DNA from: Camelus dromedarius
Lineage: Eukaryota
Direction: 5' to 3'
Length of the DNA stretch: 64,000 nt
Assembly (NCBI RefSeq): GCF_036321535.1
Contig: NC_087437.1
Location: 18,602,001 to 18,666,000, forward strand
Numbering within the stretch: position 1 is the stretch's first letter; each line of letters begins with the position of its first letter. Below are positions 40,619 to 54,377 of this stretch, one piece after another. Under the pieces are notes generated by a model that was not told the DNA's origin, ran no database searches, and saw only the letters and a list, made by a program, of their open reading frames with translations. Made by a program: the position numbers and the translations under genes.

Positions 40619-43600
40619 CTAAATTAAAAAAGAGAAAAGTACAAAAGGTGTTAAAAGAAAATTATTATTTAAAGGAACCTACTATTCTTGGGCAATTAAA
40701 GCATTCCTAAGTCAAAACTTTTACAACTTCTAAGAAAACTGATTTTAAGAATGATTAGAATAAACTCTATCTTATAATGTTCTCCTCTAGAAAGAAAACA
40801 TGGAGTTTTACACACATACACACAAAGAAAACTATTTGTTTTAACTAGATAATGTGAAAAGCAGGCTATGCTAATAAACTAACTTATTTTTTGGAAGCTG
40901 CTTCCCAAAATACTAAAAGAATTGTGTCCAACGCAAAGGTACAGAACAGTCCAACAATTCACTGGACTAACTCCAAGGGTGAATGGACTGGCATATTCTT
41001 AGGTGGTCTTTACTTCTAAGCAGATCAGAAGCCAGCAACAAAGGATTCTGATTCAGTCCACCCTACCATCACTTGCTCTTGTTGCCTAAGACTGTGATTC
41101 TACAGGAAAAAATTTCCTTGGATTCTGATATCTAATTCCTCCTTTTCAGAGGTACAATCACACACACACATTCCCACACACATTCATTAGCATCATGTAA
41201 TCTTAGAGCTTGAGAGAACTTTGGAAATTGTTTAATCCAAAATCTCTAGCTGTCCACGCCTGACAGGAGAGAGTGATGGGAGAACCATACCAATATGTCA
41301 GGTGCCATAAGCATCTGAGACCCAGAGAAACAAAATGATCTTCCCAGGATTTGTTAGCAGTTCAGCATTTCTTGCAAAGAACCCTCTGTCCTTCCACATC
41401 TGCTTTAGATAGTAAAATCCAACTAAACAATTTACTAGTCACCAATACTTCATTTTCAGCTAAACCTGGTGACATGTTACAAATTCTCAAATTCTGTCAT
41501 TTTTGCTGCTTGACATCATAGAGTACTCTCTCCTCTTTAAACTCTGGACTCCTTCAACAGCTCAATCATCACCATGCTTATCCCTCCCACTTGTATTTTA
41601 AATTAAGATACTTTGGGAATATTAGTCAACTTCAGTAACTACCACTTTTTAGCTAGTTTTTACACTTTTCTTTATAGAGAAATTCTCAAAAATGCACAAA
41701 AGTAGAGAAAGAGTACAAGAACCCATGTATTCATTACTCTAGTTTCAAGGATAACCAACTTTTTTCTGTACTTCTTTCATTTCTTCCTCACCCACTTACT
41801 GCTTCAGTATACATCTCTAACAAACAGACTCTTTTTAAATGTAACTTCAATACCATTGTCACATCTGATGAAATCAACAATTCCTTACTAATCACTAATA
41901 TTTAGTCCATGCTCAAATTTTTTCCCCAAATCAGGATCCAAACAAGTTCCACATATAGCACTCTTAAATTTCTTTTAATTTGAAAGTCTCACTTGCTTAT
42001 CTCCACACTTCTTTTTTTCAAACCTGCCATTTATGTGTTGAAGGCCATTTGTCTTACAGAATAACTGACATTTCAGTTGGGCTTATTGTATTCTTACCAT
42101 TTAACATATTTCTCCATCCCCTACTTCTTGTAAACTGATTACATTCAGAGGTTTTATTAAATTCAGGTTCAGTATTATTTGCCAAGAATACTTCAGAGGT
42201 GATGCTGTGTTCTTCCTACTACTACTACCATCAGGAGTCAGTCAGAGTTGGGAAGAAAATGCCTGTAGACCAGACATAAGGTAGGCATATATCAATGTAA
42301 TAGACTCTTCTTGTATTCTGACAATCTCCCTAACAGCCACACGAGGCCTCTTTCAAATCTTCAAAGTGTCATCTTCCTCTAGGTTCTAGGCCTAAGCACT
42401 CTTATCCTCTTCACTTAGTTAACTCCTACCTGATTTTCAGATCTTGACTCAAATTTCCTTCTTCAGGGAAATCTCCCCTGGTCCCATGACTAGATGAGGT
42501 CCTCTTGTTATATGATCTTATAGCACTATAAAGAGTAAAGTATGAAGGTTTAGAGCTCAGAGTCAGGTGACCTGAGTGACTATCAGCTTAACTATTTATT
42601 AAACTCTGTGATATGGAAAAACTCATTAACATCTTTGATCCTTGGTTTCTTCATTTGCAAAACAGAAAACATACTAATACCTATATCTCATAGGCTGAAT
42701 TAAGTCAGACAACACACAAAAAGTATTTGGAACAAGTAACTGGCACATAGAAACTTATAGATGATTGGTAGTCATTGCTATATATGTAAGTATGCTAAAC
42801 AAAATAGATCTTACCTAATCAATCATACCATTGTACACTATCTTGGACTTTATCTACAAATTACTCAGCTAATTATCTGATACAAGTTTTTTACATGAAT
42901 TCATCTAGATAAGACTAAATTCCATGAGATCAGTAGACTAAGTTCCATGATCACTTTTTGGTAATACTAGGGTAGGTAACTCTGCCTCTAAAGGACAATG
43001 AAGAAAGCTGAATAAAAATGTTTAAAAATGTTTTCTTCTTATAAGCATTAAAGAAATAACAAGATAATGACATTACCAAGGGGAAAAAAAAATCAAGATG
43101 AAAACTCACTTTTTTCCCTGAAGGCATCTGCCAAATTCAAAGGAAGAGCAATGAAAATAAATGCTACAAATCAAAGCCACCTCTCTACTCCCATTTGAAG
43201 TTGTTACCTTGAAAGGCTATAATTCTCAGGACTGGGTGAACCAGAAGTAAACCTCTCCCACAAACTGAAACCTGGCTTCCTCTCCTCTGAGTCATTTCAG
43301 TATCTCAAGAAGGTCCAAAATTAATAGTGCTTCCATTTATTTACCAATTTTCAAGAAAATGAGTTGGTTCCTTATCTTCTGAAGACAATTCTTTTTAAAA
43401 AATCTAGTACCAGTATGAGGCCATGAATTTAAATGTATTTTATGAGTGTCAGTTCATTGCAATTATTATATAATATTATTGAAGCTCATGTGGTTATCTT
43501 TGACTGGTGGGAACCTATTCAAATCTATCCTTTTGATACGATCCTACTAGTCTTTAATAGCTTCCTTGTTGTCTGATATCTTGAAACAGCTCTGTCCCAA

Positions 43601-46600
43601 ATCTGAAATCATCCATTTCTTCACATTCAGGAGGAGAGGATTCTGGGAAGATGGCAGAGTAGGAAGCACCAGGAATGCGTCTCCCTGCCTAGAAAACAAT
43701 TGCACTGGCAGAATCTGTCTCATGTTAACTATTTTAGAACTCTAAGTCTATTAAGGCTTGCAAATTCCAGGGAAGGCTTAGATGATAATTTGTGGTTAAT
43801 TTCAGTCAATTCAGCACTCAGCATTTACCCGTTCCCCATCCTCAGTCTTAAGGCAGGCAGCTATGCACAGTGTACCAGGAGCAGCTTGCACCCAGTCTGT
43901 GTGAGTCAGGGTGGGCAAAAAGGACTCTTACCCAAATATCACGATTCTGTGATCTGATCACTGATTGCTGCTTCTGATATCAGAGGAGCAAAGAGGCAGG
44001 GGTCTTGTACTTCCTCCCATTGTTATAAGCCCCTTCCAATTCTGGCTAAACTGATTTCCAGGGAATTTAAATGGCCATTGTCCTTTTCTTCCCCTCTTTG
44101 CTTTTCTCTTTTTCCTCTTTTGGGAGACAAATATTAAAAACTAGGACATTCAAAAGTAAATGCAAAAAATAAAAAATAAAAGCAAATGCATTTGTGGGGA
44201 ATTAGAAAGTAACTGCATATGCCCACAGAAAGGTACAAGCTAAAAAAGACCTTCAGTTTATACCTCACACTGATCCTCAGCACAGAGACAACCACAACAG
44301 TTTAAAACAAACAAACAGAAACAAAACCCAGCAAACCTTGGCAAAGGAGGAGAATCTGATTTCTAGAGATACCATATTATTAGATTCAAATGTCCAGTTT
44401 TCAACAAAAAGTAACAAGGCATAGAAAGAATCAGGAAAGTATGACCCATTCAAAGGAAAAAAACAAATCAACAAACTGTTCCTAAAAAAAAAGAATTGAC
44501 AGCAGATTTACTAGACAAAGATTGTAAAACAGCCATCTTAAAGATATTCAAAAGACTGAAGGAAGGTGTGGAGAAAAATCAAGAGAACAATACATGAACA
44601 AAATGGGAATATCAATAAAGAAAGACAGAAAACCTAAAAAGAAATGAAAAATTCTGGAGTTGAAAAGTACAACAACTGAAATGAACATCTCACTAAAGGC
44701 ATTCAAAGGCAGATTTGAGCATACAAAAGAAAGAATCAGTAAATCTGAAGACAGGACAATGGAAATTATCAAGTCTAAGAAACAGAAAAAAAAATTAATG
44801 GAACAGAAAGAAAAAAATTGAAGAGTGAACAGTGCCTAAAGGACCTATGAGACATCATCAAGTGGGCCAATATATGACTTGTGGGAGTCCAAGAAGGAGA
44901 AAAGGAAGAAAGAGTGGCAGAGAGGCTATTTCAAGAAATGATGGCTGAAAATTTCCCAAATTTGTTGAAAGATATGAATATATACATTCAAGAAGCTTGA
45001 TAAACTCAAAGAGACCTACACCAAGAACTATTATAAGTAAACCTTTGAAAGACACACACAAAGAGAGAATCTTGAAAGCAGCAAGTGAAAAGTGACCCAA
45101 CACATATAAGGAATCACCAATAAGATTACCAGCAGATTTCTCAACAGAAATTTTGGAGACCAGAAGGTAGTGAGATGAAATATTCAAAGTGCTAAAAGAA
45201 AGAAACTGTCAATCAAGAATCCTACATCTGGCAAAACTATTCTTCAAAAGTGAGGAAAAAATTAAGACATTCCCAGATAAACAAAAGCTGAAGGAGTTTG
45301 TTACCATTAGACCTGCCGTACAAGAAATACTAAAGGAGTCCTGCAGGTTGAAATGAAAGGACACTAGACAGTAAATCAAAGCCATATGAAAATAAGCTTA
45401 AGATACCAATACAAGTAAATGTCATGGCAAATAAATGGGCAATTATCAAAGGTAGCTACTAACATTACAACAAAGATCTGTAAGTCCCACTTTTTGTTTT
45501 CTACATGATTTAATAAACAGATAATTGTTTAAAAAGCAATCATTAGTCTAAAAGCTAACATTTTTTTAACTTTGGTTTATAACATTACATCTCATTCTCT
45601 ACCTAATTTAAGAGACTAAATTCATTTAAAAGAATTATTAATTTATGGTTTTGGGAACACATGTATAAAGACATAATTGTACAACAGTGACAACTGAAAG
45701 AGGTGAGGGTGGAGCTGTAAAGGAGCAGAGTTTTTGTTATTTAAGTTAAGCTGTTATAAATTCAAACTTGAGTGTTATAATTTTACAATGTTAAATGTAA
45801 TCCCCATGGTAACCACAGAGAAAATAGTGATAGAAATATACACACACAAAAAAAAGTAAAGAGAAATATTTCACCACATAAAAAAAATCAACTAAACACA
45901 AAAGAATACAGGAAATAAACAAAAATGCCATAAGATTTTATGAAAAACAACAAAATGACAGAAGTCAGTCCCTACCTATCAGTAATCACTTCAAATGTAC
46001 ATGGATTAAACTCTTGACAGATTGTCAGAATGAATTTTTTTAAAATATGAGGCAATTATGTGTGTTTAACACAGACCCCCTTTGGGTCCAAAGACACAAA
46101 GAGGTTGAAAGTGAAAGGATGGTAAAAAATATTACATGAAAATAATAACCAAAAGAAAGCAAGGGTGGCTATATTAGTATGAGTTTTAAAAAGTTTACTA
46201 GAGACAACAAGGACATTACATATTAATAAAAGATTAATACAGCAAGAATATGTAACAATTATAATACTTACGCACTTAACAACCAAAACATATGAAGCAA
46301 AAACTGAAAGAACTGAAGGAAGAAACAGTTCTACAATAATAGTTGGAGACTTTAACACTCCATTCTCAATAATAGAACAATCAGACAGAAGTAATGAAAC
46401 AGAGTATTTGACACAATTAAACCAACCAGATCTAACAGATTTATAAAGAACAGTCTACCCAACAACAGAATACAGTCTTCCAAGGGTGCAGGGGACATTT
46501 TCCAGGACAGACCATGTGTTAAGCCACAAATTAAGTCATAATAGATTTTAAAAGATAGATTTCATACAAAGTACATTCTCTGACCACAAAGGGATGAAGT

Positions 46601-47685
46601 TAGAAATCAGGAACATAAGTTAAACAAAAATTCATAAATTTATGGAAATTAAACAACACACTTCTAAAATAATCAACAGATGAAAGAAGAAATCACAAAA
46701 GAAATTAGAAAATACTTAGAGATGAATGAAAATGACAACACAACATACCAAAACTTATGGGACACAGTGAAAGCAGTGCTAAGGGTGAAATTTAGTTATC
46801 AGTTTACATTAAAAAACATGAAAGATCTCAAATTAGCAACCTAATTTTACTACTCAGGAACTAGAAAAAGAACAAACTAAACCCAAAGCTAGCAAAAGGA
46901 AGAAAATAATGAAGATTAATTAGAGCAGAAATAAAGGAAATAGATGATAGGAAAGCAACAGAGAAAGTCAATGAAATAAAGATATCTGAAAAGATCAACA
47001 AAACTGACAAGTACTTAGGTAATGGAGAGGAAAAAAGGCAACACTCAAATTATTAAAATCGGAAATGAAAGTGGGGACATTATAAAAAAGTATAAGAGAG
47101 TACTATGAACAACTGTTTGCCAACAAATTAGATAACCAAAATGAAATTAAATGGACAAATTCCTAGAAATGCAAAACCTACTAGCACTAAATGACAAAAA
47201 AAAAACCACAGAAAAACTTAATACACCTGTCACTAGTAATAAGACTGAATCAGTAATCAAAAAACTCCCAATTATAAAAAAGCCTTGGACCTGGTGGCTT
47301 CATTGAGGAATTCCACCAAACATTTAAAGAACTACTAACAATCCTTCTCAAACATTTACAAAAAATTAAAGAGGAGGGAACACTTCCTAACTTATTCTTG
47401 GAGGCCAGCATCACCCTAACATCAAAGCAACACAAAGACAATACAAGAAAACTAAAGACCAATATTCCTTATAAACATTGATGCAAAAATCCTCAACAAA
47501 ATACTAGCAAACCAAACTCAGCAGCATATTAAAATGATGTCCAAGTGAGAATTATACCTGGAACGCAGGAATAAGCATATGAAAAGCAATCAATGTAATA
47601 TATATTAATGGAATGACAAAAAAAAACACATGATCATCTCAATTGATGCAGAAAAAGCATCTGACAAAAACCAACATCCTTTTGT

Positions 47686-48304
47686 TTTTGGTTTTCTTTA
47701 CTTTTTTTTTGAGTTATAGTCATTTTACAATGTTGTGTCAAATTCCAGCGTAGAGCACAATTTTTCAGTTATACATGAACATACATATATTCATTGTCAC
47801 ATTTTTCACTGTGAGCTACCACAAGATCTTGTATATATTTCCCTGTGCTATATCGTATAATCTTGTTCATCTATTCTACATATGCCTGTCAGTATCTACA
47901 AATTTTGAACTCCCAGTCTATCCCTTCCCACCACCCTCCTTGGCAACCACAAGTTTGTATTCTATGTCTGTAAGTCTGTTTCTGTTTTGTATTTACGTTC
48001 TTTTTTTTTTTTTTTTTTTTTTAGATTCCACATATAAGTGATCTCATATGGTATTTTTCTTTCTCTTTCTGGCTTACTTCACTTAGAATGACATTCTCCA
48101 GGAACATCCATGTTGCTGCAAATGGCATTATTTGTCATTTTTATGGCTGAATAGTATTTCATTGTATAAATATATCACAACTTCTTTATCCAGTCATCTG
48201 CTGATGGACATTTAGGCTATTTCCATGTCTTGGCTATTGTAAATAGTGCTGCTATGAACATTGGGGTGCAGGTGTCTTTTTGAAGTAAGGTTCCTTCTAG
48301 ATAT
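47686..48304 (-). mobile_element. Young 5'-truncated L1 nested antisense in the old L1
   Basis: 16-bp TSD ACCAACATCCTTTTGT (47670-47685) / ACCAACACCCTTTTGT (48305-48320); same family as 8260-8586. Confidence 0.88.
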
Positions 48305-48781
48305 ACCAACACCCTTTTGTGATCAAAGACACTCAACAAACCAGGAATAAAAGGAAACTACCTCAACAAAGTAAAAGCCGCATATGAAAAATCTACAGTG
48401 AACATCATACTCAATGGTGAAAGACTGAAAGTTTTCCCTCTAAGATGAGGAACAAGACAAGGATGTCCACATTAGCCACTTCCATTCCACATGGACTTGG
48501 AAGTTCTCACCAAGAATTTAAGCAAGAAAGAGAAATAAAAGGCATCCAAATTAGAAAAGAAATACAACTATCTAACTACAGATATGATTTCATGCAGAAA
48601 ACCCTAAGAAACCCCCACACACACAAAATGTTAGAATTAGTGAATTCAGCAATGTAGCAGGATACAAAAATCAACACATAAAAATTAGTTGCATTTCTAT
48701 ACACTAACAATGAAAAATCCTAAAAGGAAATTAAGAAAATAACTCCATTTACAATAGCATTAAAAAAGAATTTGTTTAGGG

Positions 48782-48908
48782 TTTTTTTTTTTCTTTGTGG
48801 GGGAAAACAATTAGGTTATTTATTTTACTGGAGGTACTGGGGATTGAACCCAAGACCTCCTGCATACTAAGCACATGCTCTATCTACCACTTGAGCTATG
48901 CTCTCCCC
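48782..48908 (-). mobile_element. tRNA-derived SINE (Vic-1-like) nested in L1 ORF2
   Basis: Same consensus on the minus strand; L1 ORF2-like sequence continues on both sides. Confidence 0.82.
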
Positions 48909-50589
48909 ACCAAAAAAAAAAAAAAAAGAAAAAGAAAAAAGAAAACAATTAGGAGTAAACTTAACCAAGGAGGTTCATCTTGTACAATGAAAACCACAAA
49001 ACATTACTCAGAGAAATTAAAAAGACATAAATATATGGAAACAGATCTTATATACATGGATCATAAGATTTAATATTAAAATGTCAATATTACCCAAAGA
49101 AATCTACAGATTTAATGCAATCCTTATCAAAATTCTAATGACATTTTTGCAGAAATTGAAAACCCATCCTAAAATACATAGGGAATCTCAAGGGACCCTG
49201 AATAGCAAAGACAATCTTGAAAAAGAACAAAGCTGAAGTACTCACATTTCCTAATTTTAAAACTCACTGCAAAGCTACAGAAATCAAAACAGTGTGGTAT
49301 TGGTATACAGACCAATGGAGTACACTAAAGAGCCCAGAAATAATTTCTCATATATACTGTCAAGATTTTCAACGTGAGGGTCAAAAATTATTCAATAGGT
49401 AATGGTCAGTCTCTTCAACAAGTGATGCTGGGAAAAGTGCAAAAAGAATGAGTCTGGACCCTTACTTAACACCATATACAAAAATTAACTCAAATTAGAT
49501 CAAAGACCTAAATGTAAGAGCTGAAACTATAAAACTCTTAGAAGAAAACACAGGGTACAAGCTTCACAACCCTGAATTTAGCAATGATTTCTTGGCTATA
49601 ACACCAAGGCACAGGCCACAAAAGAAAAAAATTGACAAATTAGACTTCATGAAAACTTAAAACTTTTGTCCATCAAAGATATTGTCAACAGAGTAAAAAG
49701 GCAATCCACAGAATGGGAGAAAATATTTGCAAATCATATACGTGATAAGGGACTAATATCCAGAATATATAGAAAATTCCTAAAATTCAACAACAAAAAA
49801 ATCTGATTAAAAAATGGGCAAAGAACTTGAGCAGACATTTCTCTAAAGAAAATATAAAAATGCCCAAAACACATGAAAAAATATTCAATATCACACTACC
49901 CATTAGGTAAATGTAAATCAAGACTGCAATGAGATACCATCTCCTACCTATTAGGATGGCTACCATCAAAAAAAAAAAAAAAAATAGAAATAACAGGTGT
50001 TGGTGAGGACAAAGAGAAAGTAGAACACTTGTATACTGTTGGTAGGAATGTAAAATGGTGTAGCTGCTATGAAAAATAGCTGGATGGTTCTTCAAAAAAT
50101 TAAACATAGAATTGCCATATGATTCAGCCATTCTACTCTGGGTATAGTCAAAAGCAGGATCTTGAAGAGATATCTGTACATCCATGTTCACAGCAGCATT
50201 ATCCACAATAGCTAAAATTTGGAAGCAACCCAACTGTCTATCAACAGATGAATGGATATGCAAAAATGGTATATCCATTCAATGGAATACAACTCAGCCA
50301 TAAAAAGGAAGGGAATGTTTACATTAAGTTATAACATGGGTGAACCTTAAGGACATTAGCCAATCCCACACACACACACACACACACACAAATGTTGTAT
50401 GATTTCAGTCATAAAGTAGAATGGTGGTTGCCAGAGCCTTGAGGGAATGGTGAGTTATCATTTAATGGATACAGAGTTTCAATCTTACAAGTCGAAAAGA
50501 GTTCTGCAGCTAGATGATGGTGATGGTAGCATATTATGAATGTATTTAATACCTTTGAACTATATACTTAAAAATGGTTAAGATACTAA

Positions 50590-51570
50590 GTTGGGCTTCA
50601 TAAAAATAAGAACTGTTCTTTGAAAGATACTGTTATAAGAAGGAAAAGAAAAATCACAGACTAGGAGAAAATACTTGCAATTCATAAACAACTCATACCC
50701 AAAATACATAAAGAACTCTAAAAACACAATAAGAAAGCAAGCAACCCAATATTAAAAAGGGCACAAAATTTGAATAGACATTTCATCAAACAAGATACAC
50801 AGATGGTAAATAAGCACATGAAAAGATGCTATAAAAGCTGTTAGTCATGAAGGAAATTCAAGTTAAAATCCACACTGTGAAACCGCTGCACACTTATGTA
50901 AGTGTCTAAGACAAACTATACCACGTGTTTCTAAAGATGCGGAGGAACTAGAACTCTAATACACTGCTGATGGGAATGTAAAAAGGACAGCAAATCTGAA
51001 AACACTTTGGCAGTTTTTTATAAGGTTAAATATACACTTACCGTAAGAACTATTCCATTCCTAGGTATGTACCCAAGAGAAATGAAAGCAAATGTCCACA
51101 TAAAGGCTTACAAAGCTCTTAAGACCTTTGTTTGTAATAGTCAGGAACTGGAAACAACTCAAATGTCCATCTACAAGTGAATGGATACATAAAGTGTGGT
51201 CTATTCATACAATAGAATACCTCTCAGCAATAAAAAGGAATAAACTATTGATGCTTGCAACAACATGGATAAACCTCAAAATATTTAAGGCTGAGTGAAA
51301 GAAGCCAGATAGAGTACATACTATGACTCTATTTGCATAAAATTCTAAAAAACAAAAAACTAATCTACAGTGACAGAAAGGTCAGTGGTTGAGGAATAGG
51401 AAGCTGGAAAGACGGATTACAAAGGAAACTGGGGAGTGTTGGATAAACATATTCACAATCTTGATTGTGGTCATGGTTTCACAGGTATATATGTATGTCA
51501 AAACACATCAAATAGTACATTTTAAATACGTTCAGTATACTGTATAACAAATAACTCAATAAAGCTGTTT
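50590..51570 (+). mobile_element. Second old L1 3' fragment
   Basis: ORF2 C-terminal and 3'UTR motifs recur after the first L1 ends; finishes ctcaataaagctgttttaaaa. Confidence 0.78.
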
Positions 51571-51589
51571 TAAAAATAAGGTTTCCCTG

Positions 51590-51715
51590 GGGGAGGGTAT
51601 AGCTCAAATGGTACAGTGCATGCTCAGCATACACAAGGTCCTGGGTTCAATCTCCAGTACCTCCTCTAAAAATAAATAAATAAGTAAACCTAATTACCTC
51701 CTCTGCCAAAAAATA
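51590..51715 (+). mobile_element. tRNA-derived SINE (Vic-1-like) with 18-bp TSD
   Basis: Flanked by AAAAATAAGGTTTCCCTG (51572-51589) and AAAAATAATGTTTCCCTG (51716-51733). Confidence 0.88.
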
Positions 51716-51739
51716 AAAAATAATGTTTCCCTGAAATTA

Positions 51740-53800
51740 AAAAAAAAGATCTGAAACTACATATGGAAAGAACCTATCAAGTACTGACCTCAGAACAACC
51801 AATACCAAGACACATTTTAATAAAGTTACTGAATTTTAAAAGAAAAAAATTCTTTCGTCATCTAGAAAAAAAGGAACAAATGACTTATAAGGGGAAAAAC
51901 TGGATTATCATCTGACTTTGATACCAATGCTTTATACCAGAAGAAAAAGGAGTACTATATTTAAGAAACTCAAGGAAAAGAAATGTGAGCAAAGATTTTA
52001 TAGCAGCAAAACTTACCTTCAAGTATAAAGGGCACAAACTTTTACCAATATGAAAGAACTCAGGAATATTCCTTCCAGAGCAATTTAACAACAACAACAA
52101 AAAAGCATCAGGTAACCAAAATGGTTAGAAGGACATCAACATACACACTGGTGGTATGTATTAAATATACCTGTAGAACTAAGGATAAATGAAGGCTAAG
52201 AGAGAAAAAGTAGAACATGTAATGACTATATGCTTTGACAATGCAGATATAATAAAACTATTTAAAAAAAAAAAAAAAAGGAAAAAAAGAGGAAAGAATA
52301 GGAAGCACATGAGCCAAAAAAAAAGTTTAATGTTTTCAGTAATCATATTGGTGGTGGTATCAGTAAAATATTTCTGATACTGTTAGGTGTGTAATATGAG
52401 ATAAAACTAATGAGTAATTATGGGACATTCTAATTCCATCATCTTCTATGTTCTCAAGAACCAGTATTCTTCATATAGAAAAAAGGTACTGCAGATATAA
52501 TAGAAAAATTAAGTAAAGGCTCTGCAGTCCCAATTTGACCTGGAAGTATTCATATGAACTCATTAAATAGTTTATCTTTAATGTGTGTGTGTCTAAAGAT
52601 AGTTAGATAAAGTTTCCTAGCTCTGTCTACTGAAAAGCCTAAAACAGTGACTAACTCAGGATCTCTGGTATATAATGATCTTAAAATGCCATTTCCTTCT
52701 AAAAGAAACCAGAGTTTCTTGAAAAAAATGTTGATTTCAGATTTGGAGACAGAAATGGTTCAAGATTATCAGTCACCGAGGAAGATATTAAAGACTAGTG
52801 AAGTCATCAAAAAAAATAGGCTTGAAGAGGCTCCCCTCAGCCAAAGATGAGACCACATGAGCTTTGAAAATAATTGCAATAAACTGAAACCCATAGTATT
52901 CACATTCATGATGTCATACTGACATTAGATTCTTTAAAAAGAACTGTCTTCAGAAGACAATTTTCTCAAAAATTGGTAAATGGAAAGAATGAAACATTTA
53001 TGTTGTCTTTCCTAAAGGAATTATATTGCTGTGTATTCAAATGATAGATAAGGTACTAATATTCCAACTAAGTTAAAAAAAAACCAAACATGATACAATT
53101 GCAAACTTCAATGAACAGATAAGGCATCAAATATCAACAGGTGCTGAAAACAAAGAGAAACAGTAAGGTATTCTACGCCTCCTATGGTCTTGCCAAACAC
53201 CATGTAGAGAATTACCAAAGGGACTGAATCTGAGTCTGATCCAGTCTTGGATCCAGCTATCAATGTGCAAAAATTATCCAAGACAGGGGGAGGGTATAGC
53301 TCAAGTGGTAGAGCTCATGATTAGCACACACAAGGTCCTGAGTTCAATCCCCAGCGCCTCCTCTAGAAATAAATAAGTAAACCTAATTACCGCCCCCCAA
53401 CCAAAAAAATAAATAAATAAAAATTTTTAAAATGTATCTAAGACAGGGAAACATAATGAACTGTATATGAGTATGCAATCTGCAAAACCCAGATTGTAGG
53501 ATATACAGGTCAAATGACCCAAGTTCTTCATCAGATAAATCGTAAGGAAAAGAAAATAGGGTGAGCATCTATAGATTAAAAAAGATTTTAAAAATTTAAA
53601 TGAGCAACACTACATTATAGTGCCAAAGAATACAGATTTATGAAAAAACTTTTAACACAAGGAAGCAATTACTATAAAAGTCAGAAAAATGGCTACTAAT
53701 GCAAGTACAGAAGTAGTTGTGATTGGGATGGAGCAAAGTCTTGGCATGGCTAGCATGGTTCTCCATCCTGACCTGGGTGGTATCGACTTCATAATCTTTC
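51740..53800 (+). mobile_element. Old L1 (L1MC-like) fragments
   Basis: Degraded ORF1-like and 3' region, A-rich on the plus strand. Confidence 0.5.
53286..53430 (+). mobile_element. tRNA-derived SINE (Vic-1-like)
   Basis: A and B boxes, AAACCTAATTAC tail, imperfect TSD TATCCAAGACAGGG / TATCTAAGACAGGG. Confidence 0.85.
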
Positions 53801-54274
53801 CTAATAAAAATTCATTTTTTTAATAAAATGAATTTGTTAAATAACAATAAAAGCAAAAGTAGAGGAAATACTAACCAAAAGAAAGCTGGTATAGCCAGAT
53901 TGCCTGGGTTCAAATCATGGATTCTGCCGCACAACCAAAAAGTACTGATCTGTGCCTCAATTTCCTTATCATAAAATGAGGATAATAAAAGTACTTTACT
54001 CACAGATTCTTGTGAAGGCTAGGAAAGTGAATATAGAAAAGATCAACAGAACAGTGCCTGGAACACAGCAGGACAGAGGTGGTGATCAGAGTTGGCGACT
54101 AGCTGTGTTAATTCTCTAATTAACCTCTCTAGGCTTCAGTTTCCTTAACTGAGTTTAAAATATCTGATAGGATTATGAGGAGTCAAAAAGAAATATATTA
54201 TAGTATTCCATAAATAGTAGATCCTTCCCATGGCCTCTCAACATCCAGAGAGTCACCTGTCACATCAGACATAC

Positions 54275-54283
54275 CTCAGTCAT
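54275..54283 (-). CDS. CEP70: CEP70 predicted start, M-T-E
   Basis: GCT ATG ACT GAG|GT with G at -3; phase 0, in frame with the fully open exon 3. Confidence 0.65.
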
Positions 54284-54377
54284 AGCACATTCCTCTTGCA
54301 CTTTTCACCTGGTCATTCAAGTTGATCTCAACGAAATGATCACCCAGTGAGTCTCACGTCTGAAACTGGATCTTCAT
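54275..54377 (-). other. CEP70: CEP70 exon 2 (5'UTR plus first three codons)
   Basis: Acceptor TCTGTTTATCTTTTTGAAACCTAG| and donor GAG|GTATGT; 103 nt; ends ATG ACT GAG; in-frame stops upstream of this ATG. Confidence 0.75.

Larger units (their letters stand above)
43630..50585 (+). mobile_element. Near-full-length old L1 (5'UTR, ORF1, ORF2, 3'UTR), inactivated
   Basis: 5' end ggattctgggaagatggcagagtagg; ORF1-like ~44500-45370; endonuclease motif IIVGDFNTP at ~46336; RT and C-terminal remnants; many stops and frameshifts. Confidence 0.9.

Noticed and set aside
48803..48953. 13-bp direct repeat GAAAACAATTAGG as the SINE's TSD
   Set aside because: The left copy falls within the SINE tail consensus and the right copy matches host L1 sequence, so the match is likely coincidental.
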